NCBI GenBank assembly: GCA_965202625.1
Contig: CBDBBI010000010.1
Coordinates: forward strand, 640,001-704,000
Reading direction: 5' to 3'
DNA length: 64,000 nucleotides
Origin: a bacterium
GTDB lineage: Bacteria; UBA8248
Shown: piece after piece, positions 40,766 through 50,637 of the stretch
Layout: the number at the start of each line of letters is the position of its first letter
Position numbering within the stretch: the first letter of the stretch is position 1
Made by a program: the position numbers and the translations under genes
The notes under the pieces: generated by a model
Database searches by the model: none
Told to the model about the DNA's origin: nothing
The model's input: the letters and a program-made list of their open reading frames with translations, nothing else

Positions 40766-41641
40766 ATGCCAAGTATACGATGGGAAAATAGCGCACGATG
40801 CGCTGTGTGCTTCACTTTTGATGTGGACGGGGAAACGGTATGGATGGCCAGGGACCCATCGCTGGGACACCGGCCCATTCATAATTCCATGGGCGCATAT
40901 GGTCCTAAGGTGGGCGTCCCTCGGATCCTAAAATTTCTCAAAAAACACAGTCTACCCGCCGCCTTCTACGTACCCAGCTGGACGGTGGAAAAATGGCCCA
41001 AAATGACGGAATCCATCGTGAAGGCAGGGCATGAAATTGGGCATCACGGCCACATTCATGAAAAGCCATATCAGATGGCGAACATGGAGAGAGAAGAAGA
41101 GTTACTGGTGCGCGCCCTCGAGATTTTACGACGCGCCACGGGGCAAGAAATTCTAGGTTCCCGCACGCCTTCGGCAGACCCGAGCGTTCACACCATGGAC
41201 TTACTGAAAAAATATGGGCTCCTTTACCATTCCAATATGATGGATGATGATTGGCCTTATTATCATGGTTGCGGATTGGTCGAACTGCCCACGAAATGGA
41301 GTCTTGATGATTTTATATTCTTCGCCCACAGCACAAATCCCCCATTCGGCCACGGCATCCGGGACGCAGAGTCGGTTTATTCCATATGGGTCGAGGAATT
41401 TGAAGGCACGTATGAAGAGGGGGGATACGTCAACTTCATGTGTCATCCCCAAATTATCGGTCAACATCACCGAATGAGAATGCTGGAAAAACTTGTCCTG
41501 CACATTTTAAGTAAAGGCGACGTGTGGCTAGCGGCGCCTGGCGATGTGGCGAAATGCTGGGCATCGCAAAACAAAGCGCCAAAGACAAAAAGAACGAAGA
41601 GAGATGAGGTATCTTCAATGGATGATATTGGGGGCGCTTGA
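40766..41641 (+). CDS. Polysaccharide deacetylase (CE4) family, PuuE/HP0310-like
   Basis: TFDVD, YGPKVGVPRIL, HEIGHHGHIHE, HPQIIG. Confidence 0.85.
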   Translation: MPSIRWENSARCAVCFTFDVDGETVWMARDPSLGHRPIHNSMGAYGPKVGVPRILKFLKKHSLPAAFYVPSWTVEKWPKMTESIVKAGHEIGHHGHIHEKPYQMANMEREEELLVRALEILRRATGQEILGSRTPSADPSVHTMDLLKKYGLLYHSNMMDDDWPYYHGCGLVELPTKWSLDDFIFFAHSTNPPFGHGIRDAESVYSIWVEEFEGTYEEGGYVNFMCHPQIIGQHHRMRMLEKLVLHILSKGDVWLAAPGDVAKCWASQNKAPKTKRTKRDEVSSMDDIGGA

Positions 41642-41744
41642 ATTTGAATAGGCATTCAAGGGTTTGACAAGAGCGCAGATTGGCGAGGGAAACCACCCGC
41701 TGGCGCGCGAAGAAAACGTCAAAAATTCAGGCGAGCGCCGATTC

Positions 41745-42182
41745 TTACAGTATGGGAGATAGCCATCCGAGCAGCCCACCATAAATGGCGTGGGCGACTA
41801 CCGCGGTTTGCCATGCTCTCGGGTGCATTTTACGGCTGAAAAAGCCGTGCCCAGTAATGAATGGATTAAAGACGCATTGGGAAAAAACCAAAAGCGCGCC
41901 ACCCCAGACCAACCCACGAAATACAGGCGGACCTGAGATGTGCCCGGCGGCGACCGTGGCGTATAGCAAGCCTAAAATGACGCCATTTAGATGAACGGCG
42001 ATGACTCCAAGCACATAAGGTGGTTTTCCTTCATAAGATTCCCCGAAGAAGAGCATCGCCAAACCCTTACCAAAATCAAGCTTTACCATACCCACCCTGT
42101 CGGCAATCAAAGCAAACGCCATATGCGCGTACGTAGCGAAAAACGAAGTCACACATATAACGAGCAAATCACCTGGCGCCAT
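41745..42182 (-). CDS. Hypothetical 4-TM membrane protein with intramembrane His residues
   Basis: Hydrophobic 145 aa ORF; VHLNG...LLY and AHAIYG motifs; follows the LVIVD gene. Confidence 0.7.
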   Translation of the reverse strand: MAPGDLLVICVTSFFATYAHMAFALIADRVGMVKLDFGKGLAMLFFGESYEGKPPYVLGVIAVHLNGVILGLLYATVAAGHISGPPVFRGLVWGGALLVFSQCVFNPFITGHGFFSRKMHPRAWQTAVVAHAIYGGLLGWLSPIL

Positions 42183-42249
42183 AAGATGTTTCCTCGCTCC
42201 GAGAGACTACACCCAGAGAATCAGTATATTGGCTTCAATTCAATGACGA

Positions 42250-43431
42250 TTATCCAATGTACTCCAATATGTGCATCCCCGCTCCATTCCGATCGATCAA
42301 ATACAACAAGCCATTCTCGTCCATCCCGATGTCGTTCGACTGGACGTAATCTTTCCCGAAATTAAGCGCAGGTATGTAGTGCCCTACTTCCTTGGGCCGA
42401 AATGGATCGGAGAGATCGATGGCCCTCAGCCCCGAATTAAAGTAGGTGAGGAAGACAATATCTTTCCAGGGCCCACCCGCAGGGGTATATTCTAGAATGT
42501 TGTGGGCACCAAACCGACCGCCTCGGCCCATGTTTTCATCTCTATCCGGAATATATGTCGATATGGGAATGGGGTTTGTCTCCTCTCTGATATCCACCAC
42601 CCACATAAACTGGCTATTCTCATAATTTTCATGCGCGCGCGCCTCGTCGGTTACGATCAGATACGGCCTGTCGCCAAGCGGCCAGACGGTGTGCGTAGAA
42701 CCGATGAAAGGTGGTGACCAACACAGATGCCCCACGAACGTGATGTTTCGCAAATCCGTACAATCAAAGATACCCAGACCCCCTCCCCAGAATCCAGCGA
42801 ACATGCGGTTCCCTCGAATGGTAGCGGGGCCATGGCATGTCCACGAACGCTCGAATTCATCCGGTTCTTCGTATGCCAAGCCTAGACTGAGGTCTTGTCG
42901 AGGCAGACCAACAATGTTGAGCACCTCTGGCTTGAGGGGGTTCTTGATGTCTACAGTCCACATGACCCGATTTCTCCAGCCATCGGCATCATTCGGAAAA
43001 AATGCGATATGACGTTCATTGTCTATTCCAAATCGGTGAGGTCCTGATCCGGGCAGATCGTAAAACCCCACTTCCTTTGGTTCGGATGGGTTGCCGATAT
43101 CAAAAATGCCTACGCCAGCCCTCGCCTTTTCTCCTTGCGGCGTATTAAGACGTTCGTAGTTCACGTAGAGAAGATTGTCTCCTACGATTCGAACTTTATG
43201 GTTATGCGTTCCAGGGGGAGCAAAAACCTCGGCAATTCGTCTTGGTTTTTGGGGATCTGACACGTCGTGCACAGTCCAGCCTTCGGGCCCTTCGTAGCTT
43301 GCCGTCCCTACTGCACCTACGTAGGCGTATCCGTTTTTCACGTCAACGAGACTGCCGCCTCCCCACGCGGCATCCGGGTCGTGTCCAATCAGTTTGAAAT
43401 TCTTAGATTCAGCAGGCGCGCCTTTTGCCAT
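42250..43431 (-). CDS. LVIVD repeat-containing beta-propeller protein
   Basis: Repeated [VI]xDVSDPxxP units, YFNSGLRAIDLSDP.RPKEVGHYIP, conserved His (THNH, GPH, CH, THT, GAH). Confidence 0.85.
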   Translation of the reverse strand: MAKGAPAESKNFKLIGHDPDAAWGGGSLVDVKNGYAYVGAVGTASYEGPEGWTVHDVSDPQKPRRIAEVFAPPGTHNHKVRIVGDNLLYVNYERLNTPQGEKARAGVGIFDIGNPSEPKEVGFYDLPGSGPHRFGIDNERHIAFFPNDADGWRNRVMWTVDIKNPLKPEVLNIVGLPRQDLSLGLAYEEPDEFERSWTCHGPATIRGNRMFAGFWGGGLGIFDCTDLRNITFVGHLCWSPPFIGSTHTVWPLGDRPYLIVTDEARAHENYENSQFMWVVDIREETNPIPISTYIPDRDENMGRGGRFGAHNILEYTPAGGPWKDIVFLTYFNSGLRAIDLSDPFRPKEVGHYIPALNFGKDYVQSNDIGMDENGLLYLIDRNGAGMHILEYIG

Positions 43432-43767
43432 CCTCTATTCCTATAGAATTGCTACAGCAGTCTATTATAAGCACGAGATTGGCCTTTCCTCGCACCCTTC
43501 TGAATGTGTCGGCTTTTGGCTTCTGCGCAACGCTACGTTTCGAGCCTGAGTTCTGTCATGTGTCCATCAAATCCTTTCTCGAGAGCGAGGTCAACGTAAA
43601 GGCCACTACTTTTCCCCACACCGGCATGGGGCGTGAAATCGCAATCAAAGACATTTCATGATCGCTTCACCTTTTTCTCGATAAAAGCGTAGAATGACTA
43701 CTCTTGAAATCACTAACGATGGTTTGCTTTACGCCCTTCAATCAAGACATGGCCGGAGAGAAAAACA

Positions 43768-44841
43768 GTGTCAAACACACCACTGCTCGCTCTACATCAA
43801 GATGCAAAAGCCCAATTCATAGAAGAGGCTGGGTGGCAAATTCCCGCCGCCTTTGAAAACGCGGTATCCGAACATCTAGCCTGCCGAGAAAGCGCTATCG
43901 TGGTCGACCTGTCTCACTGGGGAAACCTTCGGTTCAGTGGGCTGGACAGGGAAGAATTCCTCCACCGAATGCTTTCCAACCGCATAAAAGAACTCCAACG
44001 TGGCGAGGGCGTGTATAATACCTTCCTCACACGCTATGGAAAATTCATATCCGATTTATATATGTACAAACATGAAACTTTCATTGCCGCCATCCTAGCC
44101 CCGGGAATGGCGGATACTCTCGCCAACGAAATTAACAAATTCATTATTATGGACCAGGTAAAAATAACGAATGAGACGAAAACTTCATTTTGTTTCGGGC
44201 TTTTCGGCCCAGATTCACGAAAAGTCATTTCAAGAGCGGGCATGGTCGTGCCTTCTTTGAATGAACATGACCACATAACGTGCGACAACGTGATGATAGC
44301 CCGTGAGATGTGGACTGGGGAAGATGGTTATCTACTCGCAGGGCCTCGTGAGGCGGCAGAGTCTGTTTGGCAATCATTATTGCATGGAGGAGCGAATCAA
44401 GCAGGTGTTAGTGCGTTCGAATCACTCACCCTTGAAGCCGGCACACCACTATTTGGAAAAGACCTCACTTCAGCGGTCAATCCCATGCAGGCTGGACTAG
44501 AGGAAAAGGCCATCGACTTCGAAAAAGGCTGCTATATCGGTCAGGAGGTCATCGCTAAGATCAAGTACTTGGGCCGTGTGAATCGGGGAATTGCAGGACT
44601 CAGAATCAAAAGCGAGGTTGTTCCTGAGCAAGGGGCTGGTGTGTTTTTCAATTCACAACATATCGGATCAATCACCCGTTCGGCGTATTGCCCCACCGTC
44701 GGTGGCGTTTTGGCTTTTTCTTATTTACCACGCGCCCAAATGGAGCCAGGGACTGATGTGAGGGTAGATTGCAGAGGATACGACGTGAGGGCGATAGTCG
44801 ATACCATACCTTTTTATCAACGAGAAAATTTGGCCACCTAA
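43768..44841 (+). CDS. ygfZ: YgfZ/GcvT family folate-binding protein
   Basis: KGCYIGQEV signature, DLSHWG, G.DREEFL. Confidence 0.85.
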   Translation: MSNTPLLALHQDAKAQFIEEAGWQIPAAFENAVSEHLACRESAIVVDLSHWGNLRFSGLDREEFLHRMLSNRIKELQRGEGVYNTFLTRYGKFISDLYMYKHETFIAAILAPGMADTLANEINKFIIMDQVKITNETKTSFCFGLFGPDSRKVISRAGMVVPSLNEHDHITCDNVMIAREMWTGEDGYLLAGPREAAESVWQSLLHGGANQAGVSAFESLTLEAGTPLFGKDLTSAVNPMQAGLEEKAIDFEKGCYIGQEVIAKIKYLGRVNRGIAGLRIKSEVVPEQGAGVFFNSQHIGSITRSAYCPTVGGVLAFSYLPRAQMEPGTDVRVDCRGYDVRAIVDTIPFYQRENLAT

Positions 44842-45304
44842 AACCCCCGGAGCGTTCGAGGAAACACGAAAAATTGCGCGGCGGATGAGACCAAGACGTT
44901 ATAGCAGGTGCCCTGCTCTCACCTGATAAAACTGGGATGATGAGGTTGGTGAGCACTCTCTGAGACAAGGCGATCCCCGGCGATTAAAAATAAGTAGACT
45001 GAAATCGAAAAATACCGATTCTACATTAACGTATCGCCGCCAATGTGCTGCGCAATCAATCTGTTCCCACCCATCAACGAATGAAAAACGCTCCTCCATT
45101 GCCAAGGGTTCATAGGGAATCATAAACCCCTTGTTCATTGTGATAATCTGCTATCCAGCTTTTGACTTCTTTGATGCGGCGAGGCATTATTGCAACCTCT
45201 CTTTGCATCGAGTTACATGGGATTAGCAAAAAACCTAGGGGACACACCGAGGGGAAAAGAATGTTCTATTTTAGAAACTTGGATTCCTAGGAGGAAGCAA
45301 CGGC

Positions 45305-46936
45305 ATGGCACAAGCCGAGGGAGGAGGAAAAGTTGTCTTCTCTTCTGCAAAAATAGGGACGGAGAAAACGTTTGGCCTTCATGAAATAGGTCTCAAAAAC
45401 ATCGGGACGGTATATCGGAATCTTCCCATTGCAACGCTCAAGGAAATGTCCCTTGCGCGCAGGGAGGGATTCCTCGCCCATAATGGCGCACTCGTCGTCA
45501 ATACGGGCAAATTCTCGGGTCGCTCGCCAAAGGATAAATTCACGGTAGATCAAAACCCTTCCAACAAGAAAATATGGTGGGGGCCCATCAATCAGAAAAT
45601 ATCAACAGAAAACTGGAACCATATCCTTCAAAAAATGGCCAGTTACGCCCAAAAGCGCGATCTTTTCATATTTGATGGCTTTGTGGGCAATGACCCACGA
45701 TACAAACTGCCTGTGCGAATTATTTCAGAACTGGCGTGGCATTCCATGTTCTGCCAGACCTTGCTCGTTCGCCCACAACCTGGAGAACTCAAACGCCATA
45801 AAAACCCTTTCACGGTGATTGATCTGGGCAGATTCTTGGGAGAAGGACCAGCCGAGGGCCTTAGACAAGAGAATTTTACGCTCGTGAATTTTGAGAAAAA
45901 CATGGCGCTTATCGGCGGATCAGAATACGCCGGTGAGATGAAAAAATCCGCCTTTTTCATCATGAATTATCTGCTCCCGCAAAAAGGGGTTTTTCCGATG
46001 CACTGCTCAGCCAATATGGGTGATGAAGGTGATACGTCCCTTTTTTTTGGCCTATCCGGTACAGGAAAAACCACTCTGTCCGCCGATCAGAATCGAAAAC
46101 TCATAGGAGATGACGAACATGGGTGGACGGATTCTGGCATCTTTAATTTTGAGGGTGGCTGTTATGCAAAAACCATCAATTTGACGAGAGAAAAAGAGCC
46201 CCAGATTTGGGATGCGATTCGGTTCGGTTCCGTTCTGGAAAATGTCATTGTTGATCCGCATACGCGAGAGATTGATTATGACGACATGTCAATAACGGAG
46301 AATACGCGCGCTACCTACCCCACGCACTTCATTGACAATTGTGTCCTCTCGGGGATGGGGGACCATCCGAAAAATTTATTCTTTTTGACTTGTGACGCAT
46401 TCGGCGTTTTGCCCCCGATAAGTAAACTGACGCCTGAACAAGCCGCTTACCATTTCCTTTCCGGCTATACCGCCAAGGTCGCTGGCACGGAAGCCGGAGT
46501 GGATAAGCCGAGGGCTACTTTTAGCAGTTGCTTTGGCGCGCCTTTTCTTGCCCTTCATCCCAGCGAATACGGCGAAATGCTGAGGGCAAAGCTCAACAAG
46601 CATAGCGCGCAAGTCTGGCTGGTCAATACAGGCTGGATCGGTGGTGCTGCTGGTGAAGTAGACAGGATACCATTGGTTCACACTCGAACTCTGTTGACAT
46701 CCGCCATGACGGGACGGCTTTCCGAGATTCCTACGCAAAACATATCTATTTTTAATCTACATGTTCCGACAAGTTGCCCTGGCGTTCCCTCAAAATTCAT
46801 GATTCCCATAAAACTATGGAAAAATGCTAACGAATATGACTTCAGAGCGCGCGAATTAGCAGACGCCTTTCAAAAGAATTTCAAGCAATTTGAAGATCGT
46901 GTGACTTCGGACATCATAGCAGCTGGGCCAAAATAG
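45305..46936 (+). CDS. pckA: Phosphoenolpyruvate carboxykinase (ATP)
   Basis: GRSPKDKF, YAGEMKKS, GLSGTGKTTLSAD, IGDDEHGW, NFEGGCYAK. Confidence 0.97.
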   Translation: MAQAEGGGKVVFSSAKIGTEKTFGLHEIGLKNIGTVYRNLPIATLKEMSLARREGFLAHNGALVVNTGKFSGRSPKDKFTVDQNPSNKKIWWGPINQKISTENWNHILQKMASYAQKRDLFIFDGFVGNDPRYKLPVRIISELAWHSMFCQTLLVRPQPGELKRHKNPFTVIDLGRFLGEGPAEGLRQENFTLVNFEKNMALIGGSEYAGEMKKSAFFIMNYLLPQKGVFPMHCSANMGDEGDTSLFFGLSGTGKTTLSADQNRKLIGDDEHGWTDSGIFNFEGGCYAKTINLTREKEPQIWDAIRFGSVLENVIVDPHTREIDYDDMSITENTRATYPTHFIDNCVLSGMGDHPKNLFFLTCDAFGVLPPISKLTPEQAAYHFLSGYTAKVAGTEAGVDKPRATFSSCFGAPFLALHPSEYGEMLRAKLNKHSAQVWLVNTGWIGGAAGEVDRIPLVHTRTLLTSAMTGRLSEIPTQNISIFNLHVPTSCPGVPSKFMIPIKLWKNANEYDFRARELADAFQKNFKQFEDRVTSDIIAAGPK

Positions 46937-46986
46937 CAGGGGCTTACTTTGCCAAAACCGACATCACATTTCAAGGAGGTATTCCA

Positions 46987-47172
46987 ATGCCTGTCGTTCA
47001 AGTAAGCCTGCTGGAAGGCAGATCAAAGGATCAGAAAAGCGCGATGGCGGATGAGATTTCAGATGTGGTTCACAAGCACTCAGGCGCTCCGAAAGAAGTC
47101 GTCATCGTTATATTCAACGATATAGCGAAGGACTCCTGGGCGGCTGGTGGAACACTCTATGCAGATAAATAG
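46987..47172 (+). CDS. 4-oxalocrotonate tautomerase family protein
   Basis: 61 aa with catalytic Pro1 (MPVV), EGRS..QK, W..GG; GGAGG RBS. Confidence 0.9.
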   Translation: MPVVQVSLLEGRSKDQKSAMADEISDVVHKHSGAPKEVVIVIFNDIAKDSWAAGGTLYADK

Positions 47173-47184
47173 GAGGAGAGCCAG

Positions 47185-48042
47185 ATGAGTGCCGATCATT
47201 TCAGGCTGGCGCTTGTACAGCCGATGGGACACCCCCCGCCTGATGATGAAAAAAATGTGGCTAACGCCATTCGATACGTCGAGGATGCTGCTGCACAAGG
47301 AGCCAATTTTATCGCCTTTCCGGAGTCATATCCCGGCCCTTGGCGCATGCCCGCCACGTTCGACCCCTCTGCAGCGATGAAAGAAGTGGCGAATCGTTGC
47401 GGCGTGTATGTGCAGTATGGGACTCTCGAACCGCTGGACAACGAAAAAAATACAGCGCATAACCTCTTGAATCTTGCCCGACCCACGGGCGGCGCCCCAG
47501 GTCGCTATCGTAGAACCCATCCACCTGGTCCTTGGATTTATACGGGCGGCGGCATTTGGGAGTTTCAGTACGTCGCCGGGGACGAATACCCTGTTTTTGA
47601 GACCCAATATGGACAAGTCGGCATGGCGATGTGCAGCGAAGTATATATGCCCGAGGTGACGCGCGCCCTTTCGTTGCGGGGGGCTGAGGTCATATTCCTG
47701 CCTGCCGGCGTGGACAAGAAAAAGCTGTGGGCCACCTGGCGAAATTTGATTTGGTCTCGCGCGATAGAAAATCTGGCGATTGTGATAACCACGCAAAACC
47801 TTTTTCATAAAGACCACCGAGGTCTGGCGATGGTGGCCACCCCTGAGGAAATCATATTCGAGAGCACGAAAGCCGGCATGTTCATCGTAGACGTGGATTT
47901 AGAGAGAATTCGCGATCTTCGCGCGCAAAAAGACATGGTGAGTTCATCGGGAGAAAACGGGGCGAAGGCCGGTGTGCTCAGCCAATGGCAAAGACCGGAA
48001 TTGTATGAGAAGTTCTTTCCGAAAGAGGGTGCGCCCAGCTAG
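47185..48042 (+). CDS. Carbon-nitrogen hydrolase (nitrilase superfamily)
   Basis: FPES, YRRTH (Arg at the usual Lys position), MCSE nucleophile, RAIEN. Confidence 0.85.
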   Translation: MSADHFRLALVQPMGHPPPDDEKNVANAIRYVEDAAAQGANFIAFPESYPGPWRMPATFDPSAAMKEVANRCGVYVQYGTLEPLDNEKNTAHNLLNLARPTGGAPGRYRRTHPPGPWIYTGGGIWEFQYVAGDEYPVFETQYGQVGMAMCSEVYMPEVTRALSLRGAEVIFLPAGVDKKKLWATWRNLIWSRAIENLAIVITTQNLFHKDHRGLAMVATPEEIIFESTKAGMFIVDVDLERIRDLRAQKDMVSSSGENGAKAGVLSQWQRPELYEKFFPKEGAPS

Positions 48043-48106
48043 TGCTGCGCACGCCCTTCGGGCGTCCCGGGCGTATTTTGCATACAACGTTTTCCCTAGA
48101 AGAGTT

Positions 48107-48610
48107 ATGACGAGAAGTTATTTTTGGTTTCTGTATGCGCATCTTCTGGCGGCTTGTCTGTATGAGGGCGCGCTCGTTTTCTTTTGGCTCCTCATGCGAC
48201 ACCTCAGACGCAGGCTCTCTCCGGATGAATTCGCCGGAGAAGTCATCTCCATCCTGCGCTTTTATCATCCCTTCGTCCTTATATGTATGGGTGCGCTCAT
48301 CATGACGGGCGCTTGGTATCTGACGGGTTTGAAGATGGCGATGGGGCCCTCTTTCGGAAAACTTTTCGTTCCGCTTGGCCTGAAGCTGCTGACGGTCTTC
48401 TTAATGATGATGGGCATTAGCTTCCAGTTTTTCGCCATCGGTCTGAGGCTCACCCGAGGAACGGGCCCCGCTGGAAATGGACGCCCCATCAGCGCGACGA
48501 CTGAGGAGCGCCTCAAACTGCTCAAGACGCTTGAGCGGGTAAATTTGGCAAACGCCGCTCTCGCCCTGTTCGCTATCTTCTTTGGACTGGTGTTGAATAA
48601 AGGATTTTAA
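48107..48610 (+). CDS. CopD/DUF2269-like membrane protein
   Basis: Four TM helices; YAHLLAA...G, TG and LKL motifs; start placed at ATG 48107. Confidence 0.6.
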   Translation: MTRSYFWFLYAHLLAACLYEGALVFFWLLMRHLRRRLSPDEFAGEVISILRFYHPFVLICMGALIMTGAWYLTGLKMAMGPSFGKLFVPLGLKLLTVFLMMMGISFQFFAIGLRLTRGTGPAGNGRPISATTEERLKLLKTLERVNLANAALALFAIFFGLVLNKGF

Positions 48611-48674
48611 TTGGATACTTGAGGGGTGGTAGCTAAAAAACTATTCATTTAATTATTGGATGTCCCTCATCCCC

Positions 48675-49403
48675 TCAAATCGAATGCGGCGTAGATGAGA
48701 CGCAACGAAAACCGATGTAGCCGTGGCCGGTCGCCTGCCGCCCGGGCAGAACGACTTCTCGGTTCGTGGTCGTCATTTCCTGTGGCGCGCTCGCCGAGTT
48801 CCCAACCCGCAGGACGCGCGACCCCACTGCACGGAGATTTTCGCGTCCGTCTTTCGCCCGGTAAGGATATTTCATCGCCAACGAGGCCGTCCACTCCCAG
48901 ACCTGTCCCGCCATGTCGTTTACGCCGAACGGACTCGCGCCTTTCGGGTAACGCCCCACAATCGTCGTGTCGCCTCGATAGTTCCCCAAGTATAGATATT
49001 CTTCCGAAGGATTGTAACTTCCCCACGGGAACAAGCGGCCGTCGGTTCCCCGAGCCGCTTTTTCCCATTCCGCTTCGGTGGATAGCCTCTTCCCCTTCCA
49101 GCGACAATAGGCGAAAGCACCGGCCCAGGCCATCTCGGACGCCGGATATTTTTCAAAGCCCTTCTCCACCTCCCAAACGTCGCCTTTTTGCAGAATTTTA
49201 GCGTCCGGGTCGTCCGTGTCCAGATACACCTCCCCTTCGGGACCGGAGTCTCCTTTCGCCTGGATAAAAGGCAGGTAATCCGCCCAGGTCACCAGATCCC
49301 GATCAATGTAATAGGCGGGAAGAAACACGCGGTGGGCGGGCTTTTCCTTATCGGGCCCCTCGTCGCGCCCCATCGTGAACGGCCCACCCGGTATGAGAAC
49401 CAT
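48675..49403 (-). CDS. FGE-sulfatase (SUMF1/EgtB/PvdO) family protein; signal peptide apparently frameshifted off
   Basis: GPFTMG, TEAEWEKAARG, DMAGQVWEW, GFRC; upstream MKRSTRYNLPFVLLALIF in another frame across a T6 run. Confidence 0.82.
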   Translation of the reverse strand: MVLIPGGPFTMGRDEGPDKEKPAHRVFLPAYYIDRDLVTWADYLPFIQAKGDSGPEGEVYLDTDDPDAKILQKGDVWEVEKGFEKYPASEMAWAGAFAYCRWKGKRLSTEAEWEKAARGTDGRLFPWGSYNPSEEYLYLGNYRGDTTIVGRYPKGASPFGVNDMAGQVWEWTASLAMKYPYRAKDGRENLRAVGSRVLRVGNSASAPQEMTTTNREVVLPGRQATGHGYIGFRCVSSTPHSI

Positions 49404-49542
49404 GCGCGCATATTTGCCTTTGACTGCTTCCGTTGATGAAGCCGTGTATCCATCTATAAAAAATCAGAGCGAGCAAAACGAAGGGAAGATTGTAACGCGT
49501 TGATCTTTTCATCACGAGCGGAGCCTCCAGGACCCAGGCACT

Positions 49543-50271
49543 TCAGGCGATGGGCGCGTTTTGAGGCGGCCAAATGCGGCTTCCCACCAGAGGGGAGCCC
49601 GGCGGATGCAGTAAATATCCATGAACGCGCCTTGTCCATTCCGTCTCCTCGAGTGCGACATAATTCTCTTCACGCGCACTAAGCGATGTGAACTCGTATA
49701 GCACCGAATGCTTGGGTGCGCCCGTTGCCACCAGATACTTTCGCGCACCCATACAACCAGAAGTCCTCGAAACCTCCACCATGCGCTCCTGGGCATACCA
49801 CGCCTCCAGGTCCTCATCGTTCCCCTGCGCTTCGTATCGCCCCATTTGCATCGCCGGCGCCATGACGCCCGTCGCTTCCCTCTCTCCTGCGTCCGGCCCC
49901 TCCACACGCCACTCCTCACAAAGGATGAGCCCCCTCGCCTGAACCCTCATTCCCACCATCGCTTGGGTTTCAGGGCCTTGACGCTCTCTGAGTTGTGCCG
50001 TACTGGGGTCGTAGAAAACTTTTGTGTTTTCTCCGCCGAACAACGCGATGAATCCAGTACCAGATGCGAGCGCGGGATCGTCAGCGCGGTTCAGTCCTGC
50101 CTCTATCTTCTTAAACCTTTCGCCCGGATGCTTCACCTCGTAATGCGCCGCCCAGAGATAGCCCGGGCGGGAGAGCTTTTCAGGAATATGCGTCTCATGA
50201 AACCATTCCATATACACATCGCGCCCCTCATCAGGCAGATCATAGAAAATTGCCCATACCGCCCTGTCCAT
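49543..50271 (-). CDS. Hypothetical protein with duplicated EthD/DUF4286-like alpha/beta barrel
   Basis: Two similar halves (WFHETHIPE...PGY and WYAQERM....GC..ARKY); GGAGG RBS. Confidence 0.65.
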   Translation of the reverse strand: MDRAVWAIFYDLPDEGRDVYMEWFHETHIPEKLSRPGYLWAAHYEVKHPGERFKKIEAGLNRADDPALASGTGFIALFGGENTKVFYDPSTAQLRERQGPETQAMVGMRVQARGLILCEEWRVEGPDAGEREATGVMAPAMQMGRYEAQGNDEDLEAWYAQERMVEVSRTSGCMGARKYLVATGAPKHSVLYEFTSLSAREENYVALEETEWTRRVHGYLLHPPGSPLVGSRIWPPQNAPIA

Positions 50272-50637
50272 GATTCGCTCACCTCCGTTTGCGAAAAAAT
50301 CCTAAATCAGAAAGCGCGCATTCATCACCCCCTTATGCTATTATAAACTTTATTCGGGAAACATGATATTTCAGCAACCCTCCTACTCATGGACGGGACT
50401 ATTCGCCTGTGTCCTTCCATGATTCCCGATACTTTCCCCTCATCTCCAAGGCGCAAAAGGGCGGGTTCCAAACCTTTCTCTCAAGGCGGATTTATGCTGT
50501 TTGTCCATGAAGTTTCCTACCTTCATGATTGAAGATTCTGCTATATTTCCCTCTCCCTTGATTTGAGGGAGATTTCCGTTCCGGGAGATGAGTCGCCCGC
50601 ACGTTCTGAATCCGAGGTCTTTTAGGGGGACTTCTGG

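Noticed and set aside
44860-45140. Short minus-strand ORFs between ygfZ and pckA
   Set aside because: Possibly a decayed gene, but no family motif was recognisable in the frames read.
29603-49403. Two FGE-fold genes as possible diversity-generating retroelement targets
   Set aside because: No reverse transcriptase in the window and no template repeat differing at adenines was seen.
49464-49475. In-frame TGC-TCG-CTC-TGA (CxxU-like) upstream of the second FGE-fold ORF
   Set aside because: No start codon in that frame before the next upstream stop; a one-base frameshift giving a signal peptide explains the region better.
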